A DNA stretch of 64,000 nt, taken from an uncultured Candidatus Melainabacteria bacterium (lineage in GTDB: Bacteria; Cyanobacteriota; Vampirovibrionia; Gastranaerophilales; Gastranaerophilaceae). Positions within the stretch are counted from its first letter, which is position 1; every line of letters begins with the position of its first letter. The notes below the pieces were generated by a model. That model did not search any database and was not told where the DNA came from. It saw nothing but the letters and a program-made list of their open reading frames with translations. Shown one piece after another: positions 20,180-28,905 of this stretch. The stretch is from contig CANARY010000003.1 in NCBI GenBank assembly GCA_947364235.1, positions 184,868 to 248,867 of the forward strand, read 5' to 3'. A program made the position numbers and the translations under genes.

Positions 20180-20644
20180 CTATTTAGAAATCAGGATTTC
20201 TTTTATTCGTGCACTTCCATTTTTATCTATAGAAATTCTTGCAAGTCCGCCTTTTTCCAATTGTTTTTCTAAAATTTTTCCTTCATTTTCTTTTACAAAG
20301 TACTGTTGTATTGATTTATAATTAATGTGTCTGCCGTATTTTTCGCCTTTTAAAAATATAACTTTTTCCGGCTTTCTATTTGTAATTTTTTTTATGCTAT
20401 ATGTTTCATCGTTATTTTTACTGAGTACAACATATACATCTCCGCGTAGATTATTTTCTTCTGGAGCAGTGTTAATGTTGTATCTTAAGCGGACATAATC
20501 GCCGCGAAGAAAATCTTTTGGATCAACCGGTAATACTTGCAAAAGTATTTCTTCGCCTTTGATTAAAATAATTTCATTATAAGCAGTTACGCTTCCTGCG
20601 ATAATCGCCCAAATTAGTATAATTATATAAATTAATTTTTTCAT
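20180..20644 (-). CDS. GDYXXLXY-domain protein
   Basis: PVDPKDFLRGDYVRLRY and QYFVKENEG motifs; translationally coupled to the DUF2157 gene. Confidence 0.9.
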   Translation of the reverse strand: MKKLIYIIILIWAIIAGSVTAYNEIILIKGEEILLQVLPVDPKDFLRGDYVRLRYNINTAPEENNLRGDVYVVLSKNNDETYSIKKITNRKPEKVIFLKGEKYGRHINYKSIQQYFVKENEGKILEKQLEKGGLARISIDKNGSARIKEILISK

Positions 20645-21798
20645 TACTCTTTCTCCTCGTCTTTTGTTGATTTAAGGCGTTTATTTTTATCTTTTTCAAG
20701 AAAAATACCTAAGCTTACAAGTCCGATTCCGCCTATTAAAAAGAATAATGTTTTATCTATATAATTCCATCCGTACCTGCAGTATACGCTTAAAATGTAT
20801 ATCAGCAGAAAGAAGTTAATAAGATTTATCAAAGAAATATTCTCAAATTTGTAACCTTGACATAAACCCATTGCAATTATAAAAATTATCAAGCAATGTG
20901 CTGTTATCATTATTGCTGCAGCGTTTACGGCAGGCAGTAAGAGGATTGTTTCTAATAAAATCATAAGTATAATTATAAAAGCTGTTTCAAGTTTTATTAA
21001 GTTATCGCGATTTTTATCAAAATAATAGTTAAGAATATTAAATAAAATTGTTACAGCAGGAACAATAAGATAATGGATATTTGTCATTTGGTATGAATGT
21101 TCAACAGAAAAAATTAAAATAAGAAGGGTAAAAAACAAAGGTACTGCTGCGATAAGTTTGTAACTCATTGAAAATTCGCTGAACTTGTTTTTTATAACAG
21201 GTATATTTGCAAAGGTATACAAAATTCCAAAAAGAGAGAATGGCATAAAAATTGTCCATACTTCTGCAGTGTCATATTTCCATTCATAATAAAAATACGG
21301 AAAAGCAGTTACAAAAAGAATAATTGAGAGCCAGTTGATAGATTTGCTTTTGAATAAGAAAGCAAGCGGGAAAATACTAATAAACCAAAGTAATAAGATT
21401 TCTGCAGTATTTGTACTCCAGTTGTAAGTTTGTCCTATTTGTATGTAACAAGCTCCAATAAGCAGTGTTGATAAAAATATGAGTGCATTTCCCAAGCGCG
21501 GGAATTTTTTTGTTTCAAATCCAAGATTCCAGCCTGCTGCCAGTGACGATGCTGCGCAAAAGAAAAGGATTAATATTTGAAGAATTGGAACAGATTGCAG
21601 AAGTTTTAATAACCAGTCGTTGCCGGCTACAAATGTTATAACTCCTGTGCCCAGTAAAATTACGCCAATTGTATATAAAACAACCTGAGTTGTTAGTTTT
21701 TGTTTTCTTTCGGTTTCTTCTTTTAAATCTGTTATTAGAATTTGAGCCAGATTGTCGTCAATAAGCCCGTTTTTAAGCCATCGTTCGATATTTTTCAT
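20644..21798 (-). CDS. DUF2157-family multi-pass membrane protein
   Basis: IERWLKNGLI N-terminus, QIGQTYN motif, many TM helices. The usual partner of GDYXXLXY. Start moved to ATG 21798 (AAGGA SD). Confidence 0.85.
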   Translation of the reverse strand: MKNIERWLKNGLIDDNLAQILITDLKEETERKQKLTTQVVLYTIGVILLGTGVITFVAGNDWLLKLLQSVPILQILILFFCAASSLAAGWNLGFETKKFPRLGNALIFLSTLLIGACYIQIGQTYNWSTNTAEILLLWFISIFPLAFLFKSKSINWLSIILFVTAFPYFYYEWKYDTAEVWTIFMPFSLFGILYTFANIPVIKNKFSEFSMSYKLIAAVPLFFTLLILIFSVEHSYQMTNIHYLIVPAVTILFNILNYYFDKNRDNLIKLETAFIIILMILLETILLLPAVNAAAIMITAHCLIIFIIAMGLCQGYKFENISLINLINFFLLIYILSVYCRYGWNYIDKTLFFLIGGIGLVSLGIFLEKDKNKRLKSTKDEEKE

Positions 21799-21889
21799 AT
21801 AAATTCCTTTTTTACATGTTAAGTTTATCATTTTTCATTAAATATGTAAATTTTTGGTATAATTGTATGAAATTAAGAAAGGCAGAAAT

Positions 21890-22873
21890 ATGAAAAAGAT
21901 AAAAGGCATAATTTTTTGTTCGGTTTTTGCGCTTGCAGCTTATTTTATATGCAAGTGCGGGTTTTGTAAATCGATAAGTCTCAATTCATTAACGCTTGCT
22001 ATAATTGTTGGAATGTTTATTGGAAATGTTTTTAACAAATTGATTCCGGAAAGTTTTAGAGAAGGGATTACGTTTTCTGCGAAACGCTTGTTAAGGGCTG
22101 CAATTGTTTTGTATGGTTTTAGAATAACTTTCCAGCAGATTTTTGCAGTCGGACTTCAAGGCTTCTGGGCTGATGTTATTATGCTGTCAACTACTTATCT
22201 TCTCGGATATTATTTAGGAACGCGGGTTTTTAAACTTGATAAAGATTTATGCATGCTGACTTCAATCGGTTCGTCTGTATGCGGAGCTGCTGCAGTTCTT
22301 GGTACAGATTCAATGCTAAAAGCTGATTCTCATAAAGTTTCACTGGCAGTTTCTACAGTTGTTCTTTTTGGTACTATTTCAATGTTTTTGTACCCTTTTT
22401 TAGCAGGTTTAGGATTTGTACCGGAAAGCGTGTTTGGGATTTATATAGGTTCAACTGTGCACGAAGTTGCTCAAGTTGTTGCAGCTGGAAGCGCCGTTTC
22501 TCCGGCAGTCTGTGATACTTCTATTATTGTTAAGCTTACGCGTGTAATGATGCTTGTTCCGTATTTATTCTTGCTTGGACTTTATTTATCGAAGAAATCT
22601 AAAACCAAAAGGACAAAAGTTCCAATGCCGTGGTTTGCTGTAATGTTTGTAGTTATGTGCGGGTTTAACTCGTTAAACTTACTGCCTCAAGCTGTACAAA
22701 CAGGTATCATTGAATTTGATATTTTCTTGCTTACTGCTGCGATGTTTGGGCTTGGCGTAGAGACAAACTTTGAAAAAATTAAAGGACTCGGATTTAAACC
22801 GATAATGCTTGCAGGAATAATGTTTGTATGGCTCGTTGTGATTGGAGCTTTTACGGCAAAACTATTCGCTTAA
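21890..22873 (+). CDS. YeiH family putative sulfate-export membrane protein
   Basis: LLRAAIVLYGF, GSSVCGAAAV, GSTVHEVAQV, KLTRVMML. Start at ATG 21890. Confidence 0.9.
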   Translation: MKKIKGIIFCSVFALAAYFICKCGFCKSISLNSLTLAIIVGMFIGNVFNKLIPESFREGITFSAKRLLRAAIVLYGFRITFQQIFAVGLQGFWADVIMLSTTYLLGYYLGTRVFKLDKDLCMLTSIGSSVCGAAAVLGTDSMLKADSHKVSLAVSTVVLFGTISMFLYPFLAGLGFVPESVFGIYIGSTVHEVAQVVAAGSAVSPAVCDTSIIVKLTRVMMLVPYLFLLGLYLSKKSKTKRTKVPMPWFAVMFVVMCGFNSLNLLPQAVQTGIIEFDIFLLTAAMFGLGVETNFEKIKGLGFKPIMLAGIMFVWLVVIGAFTAKLFA

Positions 22874-23731
22874 ATGTTTTTTTAAGTTTGTTTTAACTTC
22901 GTTTAAAGGACCGTTATTTGGAGCTGTAAGGTTCTGATAGTATTTTCTAACATAAACAATAGGGAAACGCGGCAGCCATGTAAATTTCATGATAACTCCT
23001 GCTGCATCTGCTCCTTGTGCAAACATAAGCTCATCAATTGTTTGCTCGTAAGCAGGTGAAATTGATGAAAATACTTTTAAGAGATAGTTAGTAGCGCTTA
23101 CACCGTAATAACCTGTTGTAACAACCGGTTTTGAGATAAGCTCGGTTATTGTCAGGTCAGAGTCTTTGTTTGACCATTCTGACCCTTGAACAAGCGTCAG
23201 TTCGTCTTTGTTTGCTCCTTCGATTTCATAAGTCTGACCATTGTAAGTTATTATCATGACATTTGGTTTTGGCATGTAAATATCGTCAAAAATGTTATCT
23301 AAAATCGGCTGGCCGTTGTGGTCAGTGATACCATACTTGAAGTTTTTGTTTGTTAAAAGCATTCCGCCGTAAAGAAGGTCGATTGAAGAATACACAGGAG
23401 GCAGAATTTCAAATCCTTTTTCATCAAAAAGTCCTGTTTTTTCTCCCCGTGTAAGTTTTGCGTATTTGCCTAAAAACCTGTCTGCTCTGTTGTATTTAGG
23501 CTCAACCAAAATGTTTCCGGAATCATCCATTACGCCGAATTTTGAACCGCTTTGAAAAATCCAGCCGGATTCTCCTAAACGGATAAGCTTCTTATATTTT
23601 GCAAGGGTAATTATTTCACCAGCTTCACTTTTCAGTCCAAATTTTCCGTCTTCATTATAAACAGCAGACCTTGCCAGAGAAGCATTCTGGATAATTGATA
23701 ATAATAAGATTAATAAAGCAAACTTCCTCAT
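22862..23731 (-). CDS. WG-repeat exported protein
   Basis: Signal peptide; repeated KFG.(I/L)D..G.....P.Y units. Confidence 0.8.
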   Translation of the reverse strand: MRKFALLILLLSIIQNASLARSAVYNEDGKFGLKSEAGEIITLAKYKKLIRLGESGWIFQSGSKFGVMDDSGNILVEPKYNRADRFLGKYAKLTRGEKTGLFDEKGFEILPPVYSSIDLLYGGMLLTNKNFKYGITDHNGQPILDNIFDDIYMPKPNVMIITYNGQTYEIEGANKDELTLVQGSEWSNKDSDLTITELISKPVVTTGYYGVSATNYLLKVFSSISPAYEQTIDELMFAQGADAAGVIMKFTWLPRFPIVYVRKYYQNLTAPNNGPLNEVKTNLKKHLSE

Positions 23732-23777
23732 AACAAAAGATTAGCACAAAATCAGAAATTTGTGTTAAATTATCTTT
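23732..23777. promoter_or_regulatory. Back-to-back extended -10 elements, each 6 nt from a start codon
   Basis: Minus: TG-C-TAATCT (23738-23743), tttgtt, ATG. Plus: TG-T-TAAATT (23766-23771), atcttt, ATG. No SD. Confidence 0.65.
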
Positions 23778-24311
23778 ATGTCGAGATTGAAACGTAGTTT
23801 TTTTAAGAAAAATACTTTGACTGCGGCAAAAAATCTGCTTGGCTGTGTTTTGTGCAGAAAGATTGACGACGTGGTTTATAAAGGAATAATAGTAGAGACA
23901 GAAGCTTATACTCAAGATGAGCCTTCTTGCCATGCGTTTAAAGGGCTTACTCCAAGATGCGAAGTGATGTTTAGAGAAGGCGGATATTTGTATGTTTATT
24001 TTACTTATGGAATGCATTACTGCATGAATGTTGTTACTGAGCGCGAAGGAAGAGGGTGCGCTGTGTTGATTAGAGCACTTGAACCTCTTGGGTTTGAAGG
24101 AACAAATGGACCTGCAAGGTTATGTAAAGCATTGAATATTACTAAAGAACATAATGGAATTGATTTGACTTTAGAAGATTCGCCTATTTGGATAGAAAAA
24201 GGAAAGAAACCTGATGAAATTGTTGAAACAACAAGAATTGGGATAAAACTTGCTGCAGATTATCCTTGGAGGTTTTATATTAAAAATAACAAATGGATTT
24301 CTAAAAAATAA
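23778..24311 (+). CDS. mpg: DNA-3-methyladenine glycosylase (MPG family)
   Basis: AKNLLG, IVETEAY, YVYFTYGMHYCMN, VLIRALEP, NGPARLC, RIGI, YPWRF. Confidence 0.95.
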   Translation: MSRLKRSFFKKNTLTAAKNLLGCVLCRKIDDVVYKGIIVETEAYTQDEPSCHAFKGLTPRCEVMFREGGYLYVYFTYGMHYCMNVVTEREGRGCAVLIRALEPLGFEGTNGPARLCKALNITKEHNGIDLTLEDSPIWIEKGKKPDEIVETTRIGIKLAADYPWRFYIKNNKWISKK

Positions 24312-24312
24312 T

Positions 24313-26295
24313 TTATACCATCTCTCTTAACTTTTTGAGCTGGTCTCTAATTTGTGCAGCACGTTCAAAATCAAGCAGCTTGGCAGCTTTATGCATATCT
24401 TTTTCCAGTTTTGTTATGAGTTTTGGCAAATCTTTCTTATCAATACCAAGTTCAACCATTTCTTCTGCAACAATATCTTCAAAGTCTCGGTAGCTTGCAA
24501 CAAGAGAAAGAAGGTTGTTTTCGATAGGCTTCTTAATGGTCTGCGGTATAATTCCGTATTTCTTATTATGTTCAAGCTGAATTTCTCGCCTTCTGTTTGT
24601 TTCGTCAATTGCTCTCTGCATAGAGTCTGTGATTTTATCAGCGTACATAATAACTTCACCGCACGCATTACGAGCAGCACGCCCGATTGTCTGTATTAAG
24701 CTTGTATCTGAGCGGAGAAATCCTTCTTTGTCCGCATCCATTATTGCAACAAGAGAAACTTCCGGAATATCAAGCCCTTCTCTTAAAAGGTTAACTCCAA
24801 TTAAAACGTCAAACTCGCCAAGTCTTAAGTCTCTTAAGATTTCGACACGTTCGATGGACTTGATTCCGCTGTGCAGATACCTGACTCTAATACCTTCTTG
24901 CAGGAAGTAATCACATAAGTCTTCAGCCATTTTCTTTGTTAGGGTTGTTATAAGAACGCGTTCTTCTTTCTTTGCGCGTTTTTCGATTTCAGCTTTCAAA
25001 TCAGGGATTTGGGATTCAATCGGCTTAATCGTGATTTTAGGGTCAACAAGCCCGGTCGGCCTGATAATTTGTTCAACCATTTGCTCGGAAGTTTTCTTTT
25101 CAAACTCTGCTGGTGTGGCTGAAATATAAACTTTCTGTCCGACTTTGGCAAAAAACTCTTCGCTTTTTAAAGGTCTGTTGTCTTTAGCACACGGAAGTCT
25201 GAAACCGAATTCAACAAGCGTGTTTTTTCTTGAAGCATCTCCGTGGTACATACCATTTAGCTGCGGAATTGTAACGTGAGATTCATCGATAACTGTCAAA
25301 AAATCGCCCTGAAAATAATCAAGAAGTGTTGCCGGAGCAGAGCCTGGAGGTCTGCGCTCTATTATTCTTGAATAGTTTTCAATACCTGTGCAGTAGCCCA
25401 TTTCTTTTATCATTTCAATATCGTATTTTACTCGCTGCTGAAGCCTTTGTGATTCTAAAATTTTGTTCTGGCTTTCAAGCTCTGCAACGCGATTTTTAAG
25501 CTCTGCTCTAATCATTGCAAGTGTTTCGTCTTCGTTTTCGTCATACGCAATGTAATGAACAGCCGGATAAATCATTACGCTTTCCGGCGCTTCAAGTATT
25601 TCGCCTGTAAGATTGTCTATTCTTACGATTTTTTCAATTTCATCACCGAAAAAATAAATTCTTGTGATGATTTTTTCATAAGCCGGCATTATTTCTAAAA
25701 TATCCCCTCTAGCTCTAAAAGTTGAGCGTTCAAGAACAAGGTCGTTTCTTGTGTATTGCGTCATTACCAGGTGTTTAATCAAATCGGCTCTGTCTAAAGT
25801 ATCTCCGATGCTTACTTTGATTGTTCCTTTAAAATAACTTTCCGGCAAACCTAAGCCGTAAATGCAGCTCACAGAAGCAACAATGATTACATCATTTCTT
25901 TCATATAAACTTCTGGTTGTATTGTGCCTCAAGCGGTCGATTTCTTCATTGATGCTTGCAGATTTTTCGATATAAGTATCGGTTCTAGGAATGTAAGCTT
26001 CCGGCTGATAATAGTCGTAGTAAGAAATAAAATATTCGACAGCATTATTTGGAAAAAGTTCTTTGAACTCGTTATAAAGCTGAGCAGCAAGAGTTTTGTT
26101 GTGTGCGATAATAAGCGTAGGTTTCTGTACTTGCTCGATTACATTGGCAATTGTAAAAGTTTTACCTGAGCCGGTGATACCTAATAAAGTCTGAGTATCG
26201 TCTCCCCGCTTGATTCCTTCAACAAGCTGCTGAATTGCTTTTGGCTGGTCGCCTGAAGGTCTGTATTTAGATACAAGTTCAAATTTTCTGTCCAT
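24313..26295 (-). CDS. uvrB: Excinuclease ABC subunit B
   Basis: GITGSGKT, HNKTLAAQL, YYDYYQPEAY, DESH, QTIGRAARN, C-terminal UVR domain. Start moved to ATG 26295 (MDRKFEL), which has TATAAT 6 nt upstream. Confidence 0.98.
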   Translation of the reverse strand: MDRKFELVSKYRPSGDQPKAIQQLVEGIKRGDDTQTLLGITGSGKTFTIANVIEQVQKPTLIIAHNKTLAAQLYNEFKELFPNNAVEYFISYYDYYQPEAYIPRTDTYIEKSASINEEIDRLRHNTTRSLYERNDVIIVASVSCIYGLGLPESYFKGTIKVSIGDTLDRADLIKHLVMTQYTRNDLVLERSTFRARGDILEIMPAYEKIITRIYFFGDEIEKIVRIDNLTGEILEAPESVMIYPAVHYIAYDENEDETLAMIRAELKNRVAELESQNKILESQRLQQRVKYDIEMIKEMGYCTGIENYSRIIERRPPGSAPATLLDYFQGDFLTVIDESHVTIPQLNGMYHGDASRKNTLVEFGFRLPCAKDNRPLKSEEFFAKVGQKVYISATPAEFEKKTSEQMVEQIIRPTGLVDPKITIKPIESQIPDLKAEIEKRAKKEERVLITTLTKKMAEDLCDYFLQEGIRVRYLHSGIKSIERVEILRDLRLGEFDVLIGVNLLREGLDIPEVSLVAIMDADKEGFLRSDTSLIQTIGRAARNACGEVIMYADKITDSMQRAIDETNRRREIQLEHNKKYGIIPQTIKKPIENNLLSLVASYRDFEDIVAEEMVELGIDKKDLPKLITKLEKDMHKAAKLLDFERAAQIRDQLKKLREMV

Positions 26296-26411
26296 GATAT
26301 AATTATATACACAGGGATAAATTTTTGTAAAATTTTGTAAATAAAGACGCAATTTTTAGCTTTTAGCTCTGTTAAATAAATAGCAATTTTGTATGAAGGA
26401 GATTCAGCCGG

Positions 26412-27296
26412 ATGATTAAGCCTGTCGGGGCATATACAGTAAGCTGTAAAGCGGATAACCATTCAGTGGATAAAACAGGACATTATACTGATCCTATGAT
26501 GAACTGGCCTCTCAGAGGCTGTGCATTTACTAATGAAGTCGGCGAGGCTCTCCGCCCGCTTATCGGAAGTTATGCAAATTTGACCTGGGTCCCGGCTTTA
26601 ATGTATATAGGAGCTGATGTTTATGATAAATATAAAAACGATCAGACACAGTACAGCCCTGACTCTAAAAGAGCTTTGAAACAAGCCATTTTTCAGGGAC
26701 TTGCAAGTGTCGCGCTTCCTGTTGTTGCTGTGAAAATAGGACAAAATATTTTTTCTCAGTTCGGAAAAGTTATGGACGATAAGCTTAGCTTAAATGCAAA
26801 AGAACATATTTCACAAACTGCTGAACATTTTATCGCAAATGGAAAAATGCGTGCGTTTGACGGGCGTGATGAAGAATGCGTAAAAGAGTTTTTATCTCAA
26901 GTTACAGATAGTGCAGATTATCATAATGGAAAGAAACCGGTAAGGCTGTTTAAAGGTGATAAAAAGCAATGTTTTGATAACTATGCAGAAAAAACTATCA
27001 GGGATTTAATTAAGCTTAGAAAAGATTTATTAAAACCTACTGAAGAAGTAAAAGCAGGCGGATGGTATTCAAAATATATAAACGCTCTTAAAGATGGACA
27101 GACTGAAAGTGTTGCTGTAAAAAGCGTTTTAACAAGATATCAAAAAGGTAAAATGCTCAAAGGTAACTTTATTAAAACAATAGGCGGATTTATTGCTCTT
27201 GGGGCTGCGATTAAGCCGATTGATAATTTTGTTGAAAATGTTTTAATCGGTAAATATGTCGGGCCTAAAATTGATAAGCTGAAAAATAATAAATAG
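26412..27296 (+). CDS. MTFP1/MTP18-like membrane protein with a large central insertion
   Basis: Motifs R...TNEVGEALRPL, Y..AD..DK, FQGLASVALP and IKPIDNFVE match the eukaryotic MTP18 family motifs as I recall them, in the same order. AAGGAG SD. Confidence 0.8.
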   Translation: MIKPVGAYTVSCKADNHSVDKTGHYTDPMMNWPLRGCAFTNEVGEALRPLIGSYANLTWVPALMYIGADVYDKYKNDQTQYSPDSKRALKQAIFQGLASVALPVVAVKIGQNIFSQFGKVMDDKLSLNAKEHISQTAEHFIANGKMRAFDGRDEECVKEFLSQVTDSADYHNGKKPVRLFKGDKKQCFDNYAEKTIRDLIKLRKDLLKPTEEVKAGGWYSKYINALKDGQTESVAVKSVLTRYQKGKMLKGNFIKTIGGFIALGAAIKPIDNFVENVLIGKYVGPKIDKLKNNK

Positions 27297-27357
27297 TACA
27301 AAAGAACTACTACTTAAGAAGATTAATAAAGTTCAAGGCTAATGCTAAAATGTAAAT

Positions 27358-27434
27358 GTAAGTCGGAAACAACTAGTGATATTGTCGGATTTCGACGAAA
27401 ATTTGATTAGGCATTGTGTGTGTATTCGGCTTAC
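27358..27434. other. Long imperfect hairpin in an unexplained intergenic region
   Basis: GTAAGTCGGA pairs with TTCGGCTTAC (two G-U); inner ACAA/TTGT, CTAGT/ATTAG and GTCG-gattt-CGAC. Confidence 0.35.
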
Positions 27435-27658
27435 TTCTTAAATAAAAATCTTTTCTTCATAATAATCAGCCTTGCCTCTTTTGTCTCTCTTCCAAAAGGG
27501 GCTTAATTTTGCAATGATCTCTGGTCTTGAAATCTTTATAGCAGAGCCTGATTTTGAGCTGATTGTAAACGTTTTGATTGTTTTTCTTGCATTTTCTTAA
27601 CATCACTACTTATAGCAGGAAGTAGGTGAGGATAAAATGACTAATAATACAAGCTGAA

Positions 27659-28003
27659 TTACTGTGAGCTTTGCATTATAACAGTTACATTGCGTATAGC
27701 ATTCAAGGTCTTTGAATTGCAAGATGGAAGCAGTTCATTTATTTCTTGAATATAATCTAGGTTTTCTTGTATATTTAAATTAACTTTCGGAGTATAAAAA
27801 ATTATCGGAGAAACTTGAAAAAAGTTACAAAATTTTGCAAGCGTTTTACTTGTTATATAAATTTTTCCTACTTCTATTTTAGCAATTGTATTAGGCTGTA
27901 ATTCTACTTCTTCAGCTAATTCCTCCTGAGTAAGCCCTTTATTTATACGTAGTTCTTTTAGTGACAAACCTACATTAATTTTTATATCTTCGCTATTAAC
28001 CAT
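27659..28003 (-). CDS. XRE/Cro-C1 helix-turn-helix regulator
   Basis: LKELRINKGLTQEELAEEV...IAKIEVG...LAKFCNFF; TATCAT 7 nt before the ATG, no SD. Confidence 0.9.
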   Translation of the reverse strand: MVNSEDIKINVGLSLKELRINKGLTQEELAEEVELQPNTIAKIEVGKIYITSKTLAKFCNFFQVSPIIFYTPKVNLNIQENLDYIQEINELLPSCNSKTLNAIRNVTVIMQSSQ

Positions 28004-28036
28004 ACTTCACATGATAGTGTTTTTTACAAGTTTATC

Positions 28037-28076
28037 TATTCATTATTAGAGTATATTAATGTATTATTAATGAATA
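28037..28076. promoter_or_regulatory. Inverted repeat upstream of the XRE gene (probable operator)
   Basis: TATTCATTA (28037-28045) and TAATGAATA (28068-28076), 22-nt spacer. Confidence 0.45.
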
Positions 28077-28131
28077 AGATAATCTTTATAAAGATGAAAA
28101 ATAGATTAATAATATATAATAGGAAAAGGAC

Positions 28132-28167
28132 ATGGCACAAATTAGGATTATTTATTCAATGACATAA
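28132..28167 (+). CDS. Possible 11-aa micropeptide (MAQIRIIYSMT) in a short divergent transcript
   Basis: TATAAT at 28115-28120, AAGGA SD, ATG 28132, TAA 28165-28167, followed by two hairpins. Confidence 0.3.
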   Translation: MAQIRIIYSMT

Positions 28168-28200
28168 TAAACTTCCAACCATACTGGAAGTCATTTGTAT

Positions 28201-28236
28201 CTGGCGAGGGTATCTTTCAGTCTCGCCAGTTTTTTT
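28201..28236 (+). terminator. Intrinsic terminator of the short divergent transcript
   Basis: CTGGCGAG-13 nt-CTCGCCAG followed by 7 T. Confidence 0.75.
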
Positions 28237-28246
28237 AATACAAAAA

Positions 28247-28270
28247 TAAAAAGGATGCTATAAGCATCCT
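28247..28270 (-). terminator. Intrinsic terminator after sepF
   Basis: AGGATGCT-ata-AGCATCCT; A-run on + gives a U-tract on -. Confidence 0.7.
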
Positions 28271-28359
28271 GAAAATCCAACTATCACAAATCAATATATT
28301 ATTTAAAAATTTTTCACACTTCATTCAAAAGTGTTCAGGGGTTAATTATTCCCCCTCCC

Positions 28360-28884
28360 TTAAAGTGGTTTGTTCCACAAAGCTTCTGAAAATTTGCTCT
28401 GTAAAGCTCCATTTTCAACTGACAAAGAAACATTGCTTGGAGTGAAAATGAAAACCATATCGCTGATTTTTTGAGCAGTTCCGTTCAATGCATGAGCAGC
28501 TCCGCAAACAAAATCGATTGTTCTTTGAGATTGTTCTTTGTCTAACAAATCTAAATGAAGAATAACTGTTTTCTTATCGATTAATTTCTTAACGATTTGA
28601 GCTGATTCTGAGAAAGAACGAGGTTCGATAACTGTAACTTCGCCAGATTTGTATGAATTTGGGTGAGAAACAACTTTAGATTCTCTTTCAAAAGAACGTT
28701 CAGGTTTGCTGCTAACTCTTGTACCATACATAGAATCGATATCTCTATTAATAGCTAAAGTTCCGTCAGTTTCGTATCCGTCATCGCCGTCTACTAAATC
28801 CATGAATGCGTCGTCTTCTCCGCCTTCGTTAAAACTTTTAGTAAAAAAGTTTACAAATCCTTTTAATCCTTCTGATAATGCCAT
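28360..28884 (-). CDS. sepF: Cell division protein SepF
   Basis: VIEPRSFSES, VILHLD, RTIDFVCGAAHALNG, FIFTP. Confidence 0.93.
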   Translation of the reverse strand: MALSEGLKGFVNFFTKSFNEGGEDDAFMDLVDGDDGYETDGTLAINRDIDSMYGTRVSSKPERSFERESKVVSHPNSYKSGEVTVIEPRSFSESAQIVKKLIDKKTVILHLDLLDKEQSQRTIDFVCGAAHALNGTAQKISDMVFIFTPSNVSLSVENGALQSKFSEALWNKPL

Positions 28885-28905
28885 TTCTCCTCCAATATTT
28901 ATAAC

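Noticed and set aside
9536-26352. Track start codons for secD (10921), DUF2157 (21831), YeiH (21863) and uvrB (26352)
   Set aside because: They are longest-ORF extensions; downstream ATGs have an SD or -10 element and family-typical N-termini.
27466-27603. 45-aa minus-strand ORF MLRKCKKNNQ...
   Set aside because: No SD, only a partial -10 (TATAAG), no recognisable family; noted only inside the intergenic finding.
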